Origin: an uncultured Candidatus Saccharibacteria bacterium
Lineage (GTDB): Bacteria > Patescibacteriota > Minisyncoccia > Phycocordibacterales > JACOZG01
DNA: 64,000 nt
Reading direction: 5' to 3'
Assembly (NCBI GenBank): GCA_964648765.1
Contig: CAZYLF010000003.1
Location: 41,676-105,675, forward strand
Shown: piece by piece, positions 26,100-36,600 of the stretch
How positions within the stretch are numbered: position 1 is the stretch's first letter
Layout of the letters: each line of letters starts with the position of its first letter
Notes under the pieces: model-generated
Told to the model about the DNA's origin: nothing
Databases searched by the model: none
The model's input: the letters and a program-made list of their open reading frames with translations, nothing else
Program-made: the position numbers and the translations under genes

Positions 26100-26579
26100 C
26101 TAACTACGCCGCTTCAGAAATCCAATGATCAGCGCAGGAGCAAAGAGCGCAAGAATTGTTGGTTCTGGAACGGTGAACTGCTGGAAATCAATTGTTTCAA
26201 ATTCACCAGAATTACCGTCCAGCACGTCAATTTGAAACACGTTGTCGTCGTTTATTACGAGATCGATTGGGTTCAAGATTTCAACGACGTCCCAATCTCC
26301 TTCGCCATCGATAACCAGTACAACTTCCTGGACAAAATCATCCAGATCGTCATCTTGGTCGGGGACAATCTCAATCGGAAGCTGATCAATGTTGATATCG
26401 GTGTCATCGGCCTCGACCTCAAAACCAAACTCAAAGTCAACCGACACAACTTGGGCGGGCAAATGCCTCCCACCATAATCTCGACTCTTGCTGTAAAGCC
26501 GTTCAACCGGTGTTGCAAAAACATCAGCTCCAGTAAGCAACGCACTTACTAAAGCAACCGAAAACATAAGCTTCTTCAT
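26100..26579 (-). CDS. PEP-CTERM-anchored acidic exported protein
   Basis: Start reassigned to MKKLMFSVALVSALLTGADVFA (signal peptide, GGAGG RBS). C-terminus VPEPTILALFAPALIIGFLKRRS is a PEP motif plus TM helix plus basic tail. Confidence 0.6.
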   Translation of the reverse strand: MKKLMFSVALVSALLTGADVFATPVERLYSKSRDYGGRHLPAQVVSVDFEFGFEVEADDTDINIDQLPIEIVPDQDDDLDDFVQEVVLVIDGEGDWDVVEILNPIDLVINDDNVFQIDVLDGNSGEFETIDFQQFTVPEPTILALFAPALIIGFLKRRS

Positions 26580-26720
26580 TGCAGACCTCCAAAAAAGTGA
26601 AAAGAACGACCAAATTGACTCTACCAAATTTAAATAATTAGTCCAGTTTGGCCATTTATTTAATAAAAAAGCTCGGGATATTTGTTAGATACCAACGAGC
26701 TTGTGGGTCATTCTCAATTA

Positions 26721-26975
26721 TTAATGAGACGCGCTTACCAACTCCTCTCTGAACATTAAGTTGTACTCCTCCTCTCGCTTAGCGAAGCTCTCTGCGCCAC
26801 CATGCAAAACATAGTAAAACACGAGTTCATTGTCTGTGGCTGGCCGGCCATAATACTCGCCAGCAAACCAACGATTAGCGGGTGAGAGTATCTCCTCCAA
26901 CTGTGCCAACATTCTTGCCTTACAACTTTTATCCATAGCATCCTCCAGCTTGAGAACACCTGAAATCACAACCAA
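26721..26975 (-). CDS. Hypothetical small protein
   Basis: 84-aa ORF only. Confidence 0.25.
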   Translation of the reverse strand: MVVISGVLKLEDAMDKSCKARMLAQLEEILSPANRWFAGEYYGRPATDNELVFYYVLHGGAESFAKREEEYNLMFREELVSASH

Positions 26976-27069
26976 AAAATCAATCTACTTTACAGATTAT
27001 CACAAATGAGTTTTAAATCAAACCCCAAATAAAAAAAGAGTGGATGATGTTTTCACATCAACCACTCAT

Positions 27070-27141
27070 TGGGTACAACGGGGCTCGAACCCGTAACCCT
27101 TGGTTCCACAGACCAATGCTCTCCCTTTGAGCTATGTACCC
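27070..27141 (-). tRNA. tRNA-His (anticodon GUG); discriminator A73, no encoded G-1
   Basis: Hand-folded: acceptor GGGTACA/TGTACCC, D-stem GCTC/GAGC and anticodon stem TTGGT/ACCAA with loop CTGTGGA. T-arm ACGGG-TTCGAGC-CCCGT, 72 nt. It sits immediately upstream of hisS. Confidence 0.8.
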
Positions 27142-27172
27142 ATCGGTTCTTTTGAGACTAGCAGGAACCACT

Positions 27173-28522
27173 TCAAATTGCAACTGACTCCACTATCTCC
27201 CGAACAGATGAAAGCACATCTTGAATCGACACTTCGATTTGTGATCTTGAGGTCATGTTCTTCACTTTTACAACTCCACGACTACGCTCATCGGGGCCAA
27301 TCAAAATACATACAGGGAACTCTTGTGACACCGCATAGGCTAGCTGTGCCTTAAGCGTAATCTCACGACCAAGGTAAACCTCGGTGTTTACACCTCCGCC
27401 ACGAAGAATTGTTGCAACTTGATTGCAAACTACCTCTCCGTTTGGATCGAAGTTGAGGACACAAACAGCAGCTGAACTCTTGCGATCCCTTATGCGCCCG
27501 AGCTCTTTTAGTGCGGTGAATAGTCTGTCTACCCCAACAGATGCTCCTGTAGCAGGAACACTGTCTACTCCGAACCTCGCAACAAGACCATCATATCGTC
27601 CCCCTGAAAAAACACTTCCTATAGAGGGTAAATCGAGGAGCACTGTTTCAAACACTGGCCCTGTGTAGTAGCCAAGTCCTCTTGCCACTGAAAGATCGAT
27701 AGCCCATTGCCCAAAAGGTACTCCGAGCGCCTCAAGGTTCGTTGAAATCTCCCCAAGTTCTCTGATCCCCTCCATCGCAACATCAGAATCACTCATCATG
27801 CGCTGAAGATCACCAATTGTCTCCACTTGACTTGCGCCACGGAGCTCTAAAAAGCTCTTAAGGTTAGCGAGGGCTTTAAGAGAAATCCCGTCAACATCGT
27901 TCATTTGGCCAGAGATGTTGTCCCAACCCAACTCATCAAGTTTATCGATTTGTCGAAGCACTTGATCCAGCAGACTTGGGTCAAAACCAGCGAAGTCCGG
28001 TAACCCATTTAAGACTTTACGATTATTAACTCTGATGATGAATCTTTCCACCTCCAACCGCTTCAAAGTTTCAAACATCAAAGCAATGATTTCCGCATCT
28101 GCAGAAGTTCGCGCTGAACCAATTATGTCAGCATCGAACTGAACAAATTCACGGTACCTACCAGCCTGCGATTTTTCTCCACGCCAGACCTTACCCATTT
28201 GGTAACGCTTAAACGGCCGTGGAATTTGACCTCCGTATTGAGCGATGACCCGCGCGAGTGGTACCGTAAGATCGAAACGTAAAGCTAATTCCTCGCTAAG
28301 ATCCTTAACCCCCGCACGAAAAATCTGCATACGGAAGTCAGGGTCACCGCCTGTAAGCACCTCCATTTTCTCCAATGCCGGAGTATCAAGAGGCACAAAA
28401 CCAAATCTCTCAAAACTCTCCCTGATCCGATCAAACATTATCTGTCTGGGGATCATATCCTTGGGCAAGTAATCCTTGATTCCTGATGCCAACTCAGCCT
28501 TTATCCTACCTTTTTCTGCCAT
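27173..28522 (-). CDS. hisS: Histidine--tRNA ligase
   Basis: Class II aaRS core with HisRS-typical GGRYDGLVARFG and a C-terminal anticodon-binding domain. 449 aa. Confidence 0.85.
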   Translation of the reverse strand: MAEKGRIKAELASGIKDYLPKDMIPRQIMFDRIRESFERFGFVPLDTPALEKMEVLTGGDPDFRMQIFRAGVKDLSEELALRFDLTVPLARVIAQYGGQIPRPFKRYQMGKVWRGEKSQAGRYREFVQFDADIIGSARTSADAEIIALMFETLKRLEVERFIIRVNNRKVLNGLPDFAGFDPSLLDQVLRQIDKLDELGWDNISGQMNDVDGISLKALANLKSFLELRGASQVETIGDLQRMMSDSDVAMEGIRELGEISTNLEALGVPFGQWAIDLSVARGLGYYTGPVFETVLLDLPSIGSVFSGGRYDGLVARFGVDSVPATGASVGVDRLFTALKELGRIRDRKSSAAVCVLNFDPNGEVVCNQVATILRGGGVNTEVYLGREITLKAQLAYAVSQEFPVCILIGPDERSRGVVKVKNMTSRSQIEVSIQDVLSSVREIVESVAI

Positions 28523-28620
28523 TCCAAACCTCGCCTCCCTTATAAGAGCAACGGACTTTTGTCAAATACCAACACTACCCCAATACTACTAATAAATTGA
28601 AAAAAGTCAAAATTAAGAAT

Positions 28621-29442
28621 CTATACTCCAATTAAGAACGCTTCCTTCCCACCAACCTCACATTTTTTACAAAAAATAATATACCCATCAACCAATGCCT
28701 TTATTTCAGAATTTCCATCCGTACCGATCAGTTCCCCTTTTTTAATTGGTTCAAAATCAAAAAAATCTCTACTTGGTCGAAAGTCACTCTTAGTAATATA
28801 AATATAATTAACCTCGACTTTCCTTTGCTCACGTTCAGCAACTTCAATCTTTGGATCATCAATTATGCCCATGATTTTCAAAAATGAAAAAACTGACTCT
28901 TTTGCTTTTGCGACTGATTTATCGTCCGAATGTTGTCCACACTCGACACAAATACCATTTTTACCAATTTTATTCATGTAGTAATCAGTGCCCCCTGGCT
29001 CAAGTTTGTCCCACCCATTAGAGACCAAATCGAATGGTAATTTTTTTGCCACATCAAATGACTTTGGCTCGCAAATTATAAATGGAGTTCCAATTTTATT
29101 TGAAAAGGAATGTATGTCTAATAAATAGTCCGATTTATCTAAAATTTTCATTAATTCTCGTGATCTATTATATTCATACGTCTCTTTCTCTTTGTCACTC
29201 AAATCAGCATCGGGTCTAAAAACGCGATTTAAATTCATATCTGTTTGTCTTACATTTCTCTCAATCGCCCGCAAATTACCAAGCACAAATTGCACCTCAC
29301 CACGATCAATTTTTAAATTTGGAACTACCTCCCCAAAGGCCTTTACCCCACACACTTCATTTCCGTGCACACCAGCAAAAATTGCAACCTTTTTACCGGT
29401 GTTTTCTGATTTAATAGTTTTCACTCCTTCGATATTATTCAT
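28621..29442 (-). CDS. AstE/AspA-family zinc hydrolase (paralogue of 23590-24378)
   Basis: VAIFAGVHGNEVCG and LLDIHSF motifs. Confidence 0.6.
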   Translation of the reverse strand: MNNIEGVKTIKSENTGKKVAIFAGVHGNEVCGVKAFGEVVPNLKIDRGEVQFVLGNLRAIERNVRQTDMNLNRVFRPDADLSDKEKETYEYNRSRELMKILDKSDYLLDIHSFSNKIGTPFIICEPKSFDVAKKLPFDLVSNGWDKLEPGGTDYYMNKIGKNGICVECGQHSDDKSVAKAKESVFSFLKIMGIIDDPKIEVAEREQRKVEVNYIYITKSDFRPSRDFFDFEPIKKGELIGTDGNSEIKALVDGYIIFCKKCEVGGKEAFLIGV

Positions 29443-29493
29443 ATAAATATAATGGGTCCTATTGTTTAATTATCAATAGGACCCATTTTTTGT

Positions 29494-30192
29494 CTAGTGA
29501 AGCAACTCCTTTAGACCAAGCAAGGGTCTGGCAAGCACAACTCGACCATCTACGTAACGTGCCACAACCTCATACCCAAGCTTACCAACGAACCAAGAGA
29601 ATGTAACGCTTGGGTTAGGTAATTCGCGAGTTCTAACGATGGTTGTCTTTAATCCAAGTGAAAGAAAATCATCGAGGCGACGCAGGAACATGGTTTTTGC
29701 TAGACCAGATCCTCGATAGCGGTCAATGAGACCCATTTCATCTTGATAAGCGACAAGTTGTCGCTTATCACCCTGTGAAGAAATTGCAATTTCGGTCTTA
29801 AGTTTTTCCTCAAGTTCACCAAGAGTGATCGGGTATCCCCAGCAAAAACCGACAACCTGTTCACCGTCAAAACAAAGCCAGCAGGAAGTTATATCAGTCA
29901 ATTCATGCTCTAAATCCTGCCTAACTTGATCACGAGGCCAATAGTCATCTAGGGGCATCCCGCAATGCCTAAAATTCCAGGAACTTAGAAGTTTGGTATC
30001 CTTTTTACCCCAGAAACCATTTGGATCTGGGCAATCAGGGTTAGAACACTTCTTCCACTCATTCCATGGTGGATCAGCAAACACCTGCCGGTAACAATTA
30101 ATTAATGGTTCGATATGACGTCTTTCTGTAACATCATACTTTACCACTCTAACATCCTTGCTATTTGTAACTAAATTGGACTGCACAAACAC
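29494..30192 (-). CDS. Probable GNAT-family N-acyltransferase
   Basis: GNAT motif-A-like RGSGLAKTMF with a preceding beta-strand region. 232 aa. Confidence 0.4.
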   Translation of the reverse strand: MFVQSNLVTNSKDVRVVKYDVTERRHIEPLINCYRQVFADPPWNEWKKCSNPDCPDPNGFWGKKDTKLLSSWNFRHCGMPLDDYWPRDQVRQDLEHELTDITSCWLCFDGEQVVGFCWGYPITLGELEEKLKTEIAISSQGDKRQLVAYQDEMGLIDRYRGSGLAKTMFLRRLDDFLSLGLKTTIVRTRELPNPSVTFSWFVGKLGYEVVARYVDGRVVLARPLLGLKELLH

Positions 30193-30262
30193 ACCATCCT
30201 TTCATAAATTATAGAGAACTAGACGAACACTACTAATAATCTTATCAAGAATGGTTGGATTG

Positions 30263-31786
30263 TCAAAATTTTATAGTTGACAATCTAGTAAAAAGTTTTT
30301 TAATCGCGTAAATATCATCGGTCAGCTCTCTATCTGAATCAAGTTTTTTTACCTTACTTCTAATCATTCTGTATACCTCCCCAGTGATTTTACCTAGTTT
30401 TTTAGTATCCCTAAATTCTAAAGCTTGAGCAGCAGTCATCAATTCTATTGCCAAAACGTTCTCGGCATTTTCTAAAATCTTCCACGCTTTACGGGTAGCA
30501 ATAGTACCCATACTTACATGATCTTCTTGGTTTGCAGATGTAGGAATTGAATCAACTGAGGCCGGGTGAGCTAATACTTTATTTTCTGAAACCAAAGAGG
30601 CGGCAGTATACTGAGAGATCATCAAACCATTGTTTAATCCAGCTTTTTCTGGAGAAATCAAAAACATCGGGAGCCCCTCACTTGTGTTTGCGTCCACTAA
30701 CTTTGCATTTCTTCTTTCAGAAATGTTGGCTATTTCAGACACCGCAATACCAAGGGTATCCATAGCAATAGCAATTGGTTCACCATGAAAGTTTCCACCA
30801 GAAATTGCTTCTTTAGTATCTGCAAAAATAATTGGATTATCGGTTACTGAGTTAATTTCAACATCTACAACCTTTTCAACGTAAGAAATCGCATCTCTTG
30901 ATGCGCCATGCACCTGTGGTGAACATCTAAGCGAGTATGAATCTTGCACTCTGTTTGGTATTGAGTTTACCAATTTTGAGCCTGCTAAAAATTTTAAAAT
31001 ATTTTTTGCTGACAAAATCTGACCTTGGTGTGGCCTAATTTTATGAATCCTTTCATCAAGCGAGCCAGTGACACCGCAAACCGCTTCAATACTTAAAGCA
31101 GCAGCTAAGTCCGCAATTATAAGTAAAGTTCTTACTCTTTCAACTATCAAACATGCCATTCCAGTCATTACCGCAGTTCCGTTGTTCCACGCTAACCCTT
31201 CTTTAGCACCAAACACTATCGGTTTAAGTTTTGCTTTTTTAAGTGCCTCAGCACCTGAAATTATTTTTCCATTATCCCAGGCTTTACCTCTACCCATTAA
31301 AACCAAACCCATGTGGGAAAGTGGGGCTAGATCGCCAGATGAACCCACTGAGCCTTGAGAAGGAACAACGGGGATTACATTCTTATTAATTATTTCAATG
31401 AGAAAATTTAAAAAATCAGGACGTACGCCTGAGTAACCTTGGGCCAGAGAATTTAACCTAACAATTAAAGCGGATCTAACTTGATCTGGGGTTAGATATT
31501 CGCCTACACCAGTTGAATGACTTCGGATCAAGTTTAATTGTAATTCCTCAACCTGACTAGGTTCGATAAATTTATTTTTGAAGTTCCCAAATCCTGTTGT
31601 AATACCATACACAACCTGACGATTCTTGACCATATTATCCACAACTCGTCTAGATTCCGCAACTGCAAGTTTAGCGTTTTTACTTAGTGATACTTTAATT
31701 TTCGGGTTCTCTGTGAGTTTTGAAACAAGGTCAGTAGTTAAATGGTGATCTGGACCAAAAGAGGCAGTAAACTCGTTTTTTAGCAT
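30263..31786 (-). CDS. hutH: Aromatic amino acid ammonia-lyase family (histidine ammonia-lyase-like); MIO tripeptide is Ser-Ser-Gly
   Basis: HAL/PAL signature GSVGSSGDLAPLSHMG. 507 aa and collinear with HutH throughout. No hutU/hutI nearby. Confidence 0.75.
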   Translation of the reverse strand: MLKNEFTASFGPDHHLTTDLVSKLTENPKIKVSLSKNAKLAVAESRRVVDNMVKNRQVVYGITTGFGNFKNKFIEPSQVEELQLNLIRSHSTGVGEYLTPDQVRSALIVRLNSLAQGYSGVRPDFLNFLIEIINKNVIPVVPSQGSVGSSGDLAPLSHMGLVLMGRGKAWDNGKIISGAEALKKAKLKPIVFGAKEGLAWNNGTAVMTGMACLIVERVRTLLIIADLAAALSIEAVCGVTGSLDERIHKIRPHQGQILSAKNILKFLAGSKLVNSIPNRVQDSYSLRCSPQVHGASRDAISYVEKVVDVEINSVTDNPIIFADTKEAISGGNFHGEPIAIAMDTLGIAVSEIANISERRNAKLVDANTSEGLPMFLISPEKAGLNNGLMISQYTAASLVSENKVLAHPASVDSIPTSANQEDHVSMGTIATRKAWKILENAENVLAIELMTAAQALEFRDTKKLGKITGEVYRMIRSKVKKLDSDRELTDDIYAIKKLFTRLSTIKF

Positions 31787-31826
31787 TTTTTTTATTATAC
31801 ATACAAAGACTAGAAAAGCAATTTTA

Positions 31827-32903
31827 TTACACCCCCTCCTCTTTTAGTTCTTCCACAAGTTTGCGGGCTTTTTTGGAAAGCTTGGTTGGAGTTTTAACTA
31901 CCACGCGCACCAAAATATCTCCGCGCTTAGCACCCTTCACTGGCACACCACGCTCTTTAACTCGCAAAAACTCGCCCTGAGCCACACCCTCTGGCACCTT
32001 AATTTTAATATCACCATCAAGCGCCGGCACCACATATTCCGCGCCTAAAATTGAATCAGTTAATTTAATATTTAAATCCATTACCAGGTCATTGGCCACA
32101 CGCTTCCACATCGGACTTTTATCCACGTGCACCTTTACATACAAATCTCCTGGCACGCCACGCGAGACAGCCTCGCCCTTGCCAGTGAGCCTTATCATCT
32201 CACCATCTTGAATACCGGACGGCACACCCACGCCGATCTCCTCGTTCTTTTTTAAAATTCCTAAACCTCGGCAAGAGTCGCAAGGCTTATCGGGAGTTTT
32301 ACCCCTGCCCGCGCAATGCGAACATTCCCTAAGTGTGGAGAAGGTACCAAAAATTGAATTCTTTGTCTCATGCACTTGGCCTTGACCACCACAATGGGCG
32401 CAAGTTTTAAGCGTGGTGCCCGGCTTGGCGCCCGTGCCACTACAAGTGTCGCAGCCTCCCACTTTACTAATTAAAAGTTTGCGCTCACTACCAAAAATAG
32501 ATTCAGTAAATGAAATTTGGATATCAACTGAAATGTCTCGTCCACGATTATTTTTTTGCCTTTTGCCGGCGCCACCAAAAAAGTCGTTGAAGATGTCGCC
32601 CAAATCAAACTGAAAATCCTGACCATTAGCAAAGCCGGTAAAGTCAAAACCCCCAGCATTAAAGCCTCCTTGATCCGCGCCACCGTTTGAGGAGAAGGTA
32701 CGACCATAGGCATCATATTCCGCCCGGCGTTTATCGTCTGAGAGCACCTGGTAGGCCTCGTTAATCTCCTTAAATTTGGCCTCATCTCCGCCTTTTTTGT
32801 CGGGATGATACTTATGGGCCATTTTATGGAAGGCCTTACGTACGTCGTCTTTAGAGGCTCCACGAGCAAGCCCTAGCACCTCATAATAATCTTTTTGATT
32901 CAT
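31827..32903 (-). CDS. dnaJ: Chaperone DnaJ
   Basis: J-domain with HPD (KYHPDKK), a G/F-rich region, and four CxxCxGxG zinc-finger repeats. Confidence 0.9.
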   Translation of the reverse strand: MNQKDYYEVLGLARGASKDDVRKAFHKMAHKYHPDKKGGDEAKFKEINEAYQVLSDDKRRAEYDAYGRTFSSNGGADQGGFNAGGFDFTGFANGQDFQFDLGDIFNDFFGGAGKRQKNNRGRDISVDIQISFTESIFGSERKLLISKVGGCDTCSGTGAKPGTTLKTCAHCGGQGQVHETKNSIFGTFSTLRECSHCAGRGKTPDKPCDSCRGLGILKKNEEIGVGVPSGIQDGEMIRLTGKGEAVSRGVPGDLYVKVHVDKSPMWKRVANDLVMDLNIKLTDSILGAEYVVPALDGDIKIKVPEGVAQGEFLRVKERGVPVKGAKRGDILVRVVVKTPTKLSKKARKLVEELKEEGV

Positions 32904-32919
32904 TCGATTTTAGATTATA

Positions 32920-34821
32920 CTACTTTTTTTCTTCCGGTGGCACATCGTGCACTTTTGGTCCTTCTCCCCCCTCACTACCCTTATCTGCTGCTGGAGGATT
33001 TTCTTTAGCGGCTTTATTAATCGCTTCACCAATTTTTTGCATTGAAGCTCCGAGCGCTTCGGTGGCAGTTTTAATCGCACCTAAATCTTGACCATCTTTA
33101 ACTTTCCTCAAATCAGCAACTTTTGCTTCCACATCTGTTTTAATTTCGGCGCTTACCTTATCACCGGAATCCTTGAGAGATTTTTCTGCAGTATAAATAA
33201 GTTGGTCAGCAATGTTCCGAGCTTCTACCACTTCCTTTTTCTTTTTATCATCCTCGGCGTGGAGTTCTGCCTCTTTTTTCATCTTTTCAATATCGGCATC
33301 AGTGAGACCAGAACGCGCCTCAATCCTAATTGATTGCTCTTTGCCACTAGCCTTATCTTTAGCCTTTACGCTCAAAATACCGTTTGAGTCCACGTCGAAG
33401 GTCACCTCAATTTGCGGCATACCGCGCGGTGATGGTGGAATACCGTCCAAAATAAATCGTCCCAAACTCTTGTTATCACCCGCCATTTGACGCTCACCTT
33501 GAGTGATATGAATTTCCACCGAAGTTTGATTATCGGAAGCAGTAGAGAAAATTTGTGAACGCGATGAAGGGATCGTGGTGTTGCGATCAATAAGCTTGGT
33601 GCTAATGCCTCCCATAGTTTCAATCCCAAGCGAGAGTGGGATCACATCAAGCAAAAGTACGTCCTTAACATCGCCCTGAAAGATTCCCGCCTGAATCGCC
33701 GCACCCACCGCCACCACCTCATCGGGGTTGATAGAGCGATTTGGCTCTTTACCAAAAAGTTGTTTAACTGCTTCCACAATGGCTGGCATCCGAGTTTGTC
33801 CGCCCACCAAAATTACTTCATCAATCTCACTCATTTGGTAACCAGAAGCTTCTACTGCGCGCTTAGTGATCGCAATTGATTGATCAATATATTCGCGAGC
33901 GATATCTTCAAGTTTGGCTCGTGTGAGTTTGAGTAAAAGGTGACGAGGGCCCGAAGCGTCGGAGGTGATAAACGGAATATTAATTTCTGTTTCAAGTGTG
34001 GTAGAGAGTTCGTGCTTAGATTTTTCTGCCGCCTCTTTTAAACGCTGTAAGGCGAGCACGTCTTTAGTTACGTCAATGCCTGATTCTTTTTTAAATTCGT
34101 CAGCAATCCACTTGATAATTTTTTGGTCAATATCTTCTCCACCCATATGCGAGTCGCCATCGGTTGATTTAACTTGAATACTTTGCTCGCCATCACCACC
34201 AGCAATATCAAGAATTGAGATATCAAATGTTCCACCACCAAAGTCATACACGGCCACCTTTTCATCCTTCTTTTTATTAAAACCATAGGCCAAAGCCGCG
34301 GCAGTGGGCTCGTTGATAATGCGACGCACTTTAAAGCCCGCAATCTCACCAGCGTCGCGCGTGGCTTTACGTTGTGAGTCGTCGAAGTAGGCCGGCACGG
34401 TAATCACCGCCTCCTCAATTTTTTCACCCAACTTTGCCTCGGCATCCTTCTTTAACTTTTGCAAAATCATCGCTGAAACTTCTTCAGGTCGATGCATCTT
34501 ATCGCCTAGTTTTATCTTGATCCCGCCATCTTCAGACTCTTTAATCTCGTAGGCCGAGAGCTCTTTATCACGCTTTACGTGCGCGTCAGAAAATTTGTGA
34601 CCCATCATGCGCTTTACGCCGTGGATGGTGTTGTGTGGATTAGTAATTGCTTGGCGCTTAGCAAGCAAACCCACCAAACGTTCACCGGCCTTTGAGAGCG
34701 CCACAATAGATGGCGTGGTGCGCACACCTTCAGTATTTTCAATAATTTTTGGCTCACCACCTTCCACAAACGCCATTGCAGAATTTGTAGTACCAAGATC
34801 AATACCAAGGATTTTTGCCAT
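32920..34821 (-). CDS. dnaK: Chaperone DnaK (Hsp70)
   Basis: [18 protein letters not shown], and the full-length Hsp70 architecture. 633 aa. Confidence 0.95.
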   Translation of the reverse strand: MAKILGIDLGTTNSAMAFVEGGEPKIIENTEGVRTTPSIVALSKAGERLVGLLAKRQAITNPHNTIHGVKRMMGHKFSDAHVKRDKELSAYEIKESEDGGIKIKLGDKMHRPEEVSAMILQKLKKDAEAKLGEKIEEAVITVPAYFDDSQRKATRDAGEIAGFKVRRIINEPTAAALAYGFNKKKDEKVAVYDFGGGTFDISILDIAGGDGEQSIQVKSTDGDSHMGGEDIDQKIIKWIADEFKKESGIDVTKDVLALQRLKEAAEKSKHELSTTLETEINIPFITSDASGPRHLLLKLTRAKLEDIAREYIDQSIAITKRAVEASGYQMSEIDEVILVGGQTRMPAIVEAVKQLFGKEPNRSINPDEVVAVGAAIQAGIFQGDVKDVLLLDVIPLSLGIETMGGISTKLIDRNTTIPSSRSQIFSTASDNQTSVEIHITQGERQMAGDNKSLGRFILDGIPPSPRGMPQIEVTFDVDSNGILSVKAKDKASGKEQSIRIEARSGLTDADIEKMKKEAELHAEDDKKKKEVVEARNIADQLIYTAEKSLKDSGDKVSAEIKTDVEAKVADLRKVKDGQDLGAIKTATEALGASMQKIGEAINKAAKENPPAADKGSEGGEGPKVHDVPPEEKK

Positions 34822-34840
34822 AATTATTTTTAAATTTAAA

Positions 34841-35416
34841 TTATTTTTTTAATGAATATAAACCTACTTTAACTTTTGCTGGTCGGATCACTTTATCGTT
34901 TAAAATATAGCCCTTCTCAATTACAGATAAAATTTTATTGTCATCTTTTTTTGAATCAACTTCCACTGACTCAATTGCAGTGTGCTTATTAGGATCAAAC
35001 TCTGCACCCATTGGATTTTCAACCTGCAAACCGTTTTGCTTCAACACTCCCTCAAGCTTAGAGTAAATATATTCAATCCCCTGACGCCAATTTGCTGATA
35101 CCGATTCCCACGCTACCTTATTAGCAAATGCCATTTCAAAGTTATCGGCCAAGCTAATGAGGTCGAGCAAGAGATCAGTTTTAGCAAACTTGATGGCCTC
35201 AGTTCGAGCTAATTCCTCAGTTTTTTTGAGATTGAGATAATCAGCTTTCAAACGCTGAGACATCTCCAAATACTCGAGCTTCTCCTTTTGGCAAACGGCA
35301 AGTTTCTCCTTTAACTTTTTCTCGCTTTTTTTCGCTTTTACTTCGTCAGAGAAGTCACCGTCGTCACCGGATTCAACTTCCTCAAATGAGATTTCTTTTT
35401 CGTCTTCAGTTGGCAT
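34841..35416 (-). CDS. grpE: Nucleotide exchange factor GrpE
   Basis: 191-aa coiled-coil plus beta-domain protein, sitting in the canonical position upstream of dnaK. Confidence 0.85.
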   Translation of the reverse strand: MPTEDEKEISFEEVESGDDGDFSDEVKAKKSEKKLKEKLAVCQKEKLEYLEMSQRLKADYLNLKKTEELARTEAIKFAKTDLLLDLISLADNFEMAFANKVAWESVSANWRQGIEYIYSKLEGVLKQNGLQVENPMGAEFDPNKHTAIESVEVDSKKDDNKILSVIEKGYILNDKVIRPAKVKVGLYSLKK

Positions 35417-35439
35417 CGCTATTTGCGAATAATTAACTA

Positions 35440-35865
35440 CTAACGTTTAGACCACTGTGGAGCTTTGCGAGCTTTCTTCAAACCGAACTTGCGACGTTCC
35501 TTCATTCTTGAATCGCGAGTGAGAGCACCAGCTTTTTTAAGAGTTACTCTTACCTCTGGTTCGTTGAGTACAAGAGCTCTGGCAATACCATGAGCAATGG
35601 CTTCAGCTTGAGAATGAATTCCACCACCGTTAACTTTTACCGTGATGTTAAATTTTTGCTTAGTCTCTGTTTCGCCTTCGGCTTTTAATTGAGCAAGTGG
35701 TTTGATAGTGATCTTTTGTAATTCTTCACTTACAAAATAGGTCTTGATATTACGGTCGTTGATCACCACCTCAGTTTTGGTTGAGGGGGTAATGCGCACG
35801 CGAGCCACGGAAGTCTTACGACGACCAACGGCTTCAATGTATCTTGCTTTTGCGGTAGTTGCCAT
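35440..35865 (-). CDS. rpsI: 30S ribosomal protein S9
   Basis: GGGIHSQAEAIAHGIARAL and a C-terminal ...RKFGLKKARKAPQWSKR. Confidence 0.9.
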   Translation of the reverse strand: MATTAKARYIEAVGRRKTSVARVRITPSTKTEVVINDRNIKTYFVSEELQKITIKPLAQLKAEGETETKQKFNITVKVNGGGIHSQAEAIAHGIARALVLNEPEVRVTLKKAGALTRDSRMKERRKFGLKKARKAPQWSKR

Positions 35866-35869
35866 AAAT

Positions 35870-36238
35870 TTATTTGAAATTCAGTTTCTTGATAATCTCA
35901 GGGCGCAGTTTGTTGTTTGGCAACATCCGTAAAATAGCCTCACGCAAAACACCGGAGTGACCCTTTTTGTCGATCACCTGCTCCAAATTTAAAGAACGCA
36001 AACCTCCAGGGAAGCCTGTGTAGCGGATATACTTTTTACCCACCATTTTCTGCGGTAAGATTTTTAACTTGTCCGCATTAACTATAGTAACGGCTGTGCC
36101 TGGCAAAAGGTGTCGGGTAAAAGTCACTTCGCTTTTACCGCGAAGAAGCGCCGCAGCTTCGCTAGCTACTCGGCCTAAAGTTCTCCCGTTTGCGTCAATT
36201 GTGTATTCTTTAGTCATATTAAAATTAAACAAACTCAA
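35870..36238 (-). CDS. rplM: 50S ribosomal protein L13
   Basis: TLGRVASEAAALLRGK...GFPGGLRS...AILRMLPNNKL. The start may be the internal ATG at 36217. Confidence 0.85.
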   Translation of the reverse strand: MSLFNFNMTKEYTIDANGRTLGRVASEAAALLRGKSEVTFTRHLLPGTAVTIVNADKLKILPQKMVGKKYIRYTGFPGGLRSLNLEQVIDKKGHSGVLREAILRMLPNNKLRPEIIKKLNFK

Positions 36239-36578
36239 TTATGGACTCGGTGCGACCACTACCAGGGCTAGGTGGGAGTTTGATGATCCGAGTGTAACCA
36301 CCAGCACGCTCTTTATAACGAGGGCCAAGATTATCCATAAGAGTTTTTACTGCCTCGTCTTGTCCACCCAAACGTGAACCAAGTAAACGCCTGCCTGCGA
36401 GGGTAGACTTTTTGGCCACAGTTACAAGCTTCTCCACAAATGGTCGTAACTCCTTGGCACGGGCCTCAGTGGTGGTGATTTTGCCATGCGCAATAAGACC
36501 CACAGCCAAAGAGCGTAGAAGAGCCCGGCGGGGGCCACTCTCTCGGCCTAATTTTCTTACATTGTTATGGTGTCTCAT
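36225..36578 (-). CDS. rplQ: 50S ribosomal protein L17
   Basis: MRHHNNVRKLGRESGPRRALLRSLAVGLIAHGKITTTEARAKELRPFVEKL. Confidence 0.85.
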   Translation of the reverse strand: MRHHNNVRKLGRESGPRRALLRSLAVGLIAHGKITTTEARAKELRPFVEKLVTVAKKSTLAGRRLLGSRLGGQDEAVKTLMDNLGPRYKERAGGYTRIIKLPPSPGSGRTESIIEFV

Positions 36579-36600
36579 GGGTGCAAAGATCCTAGCAGAT

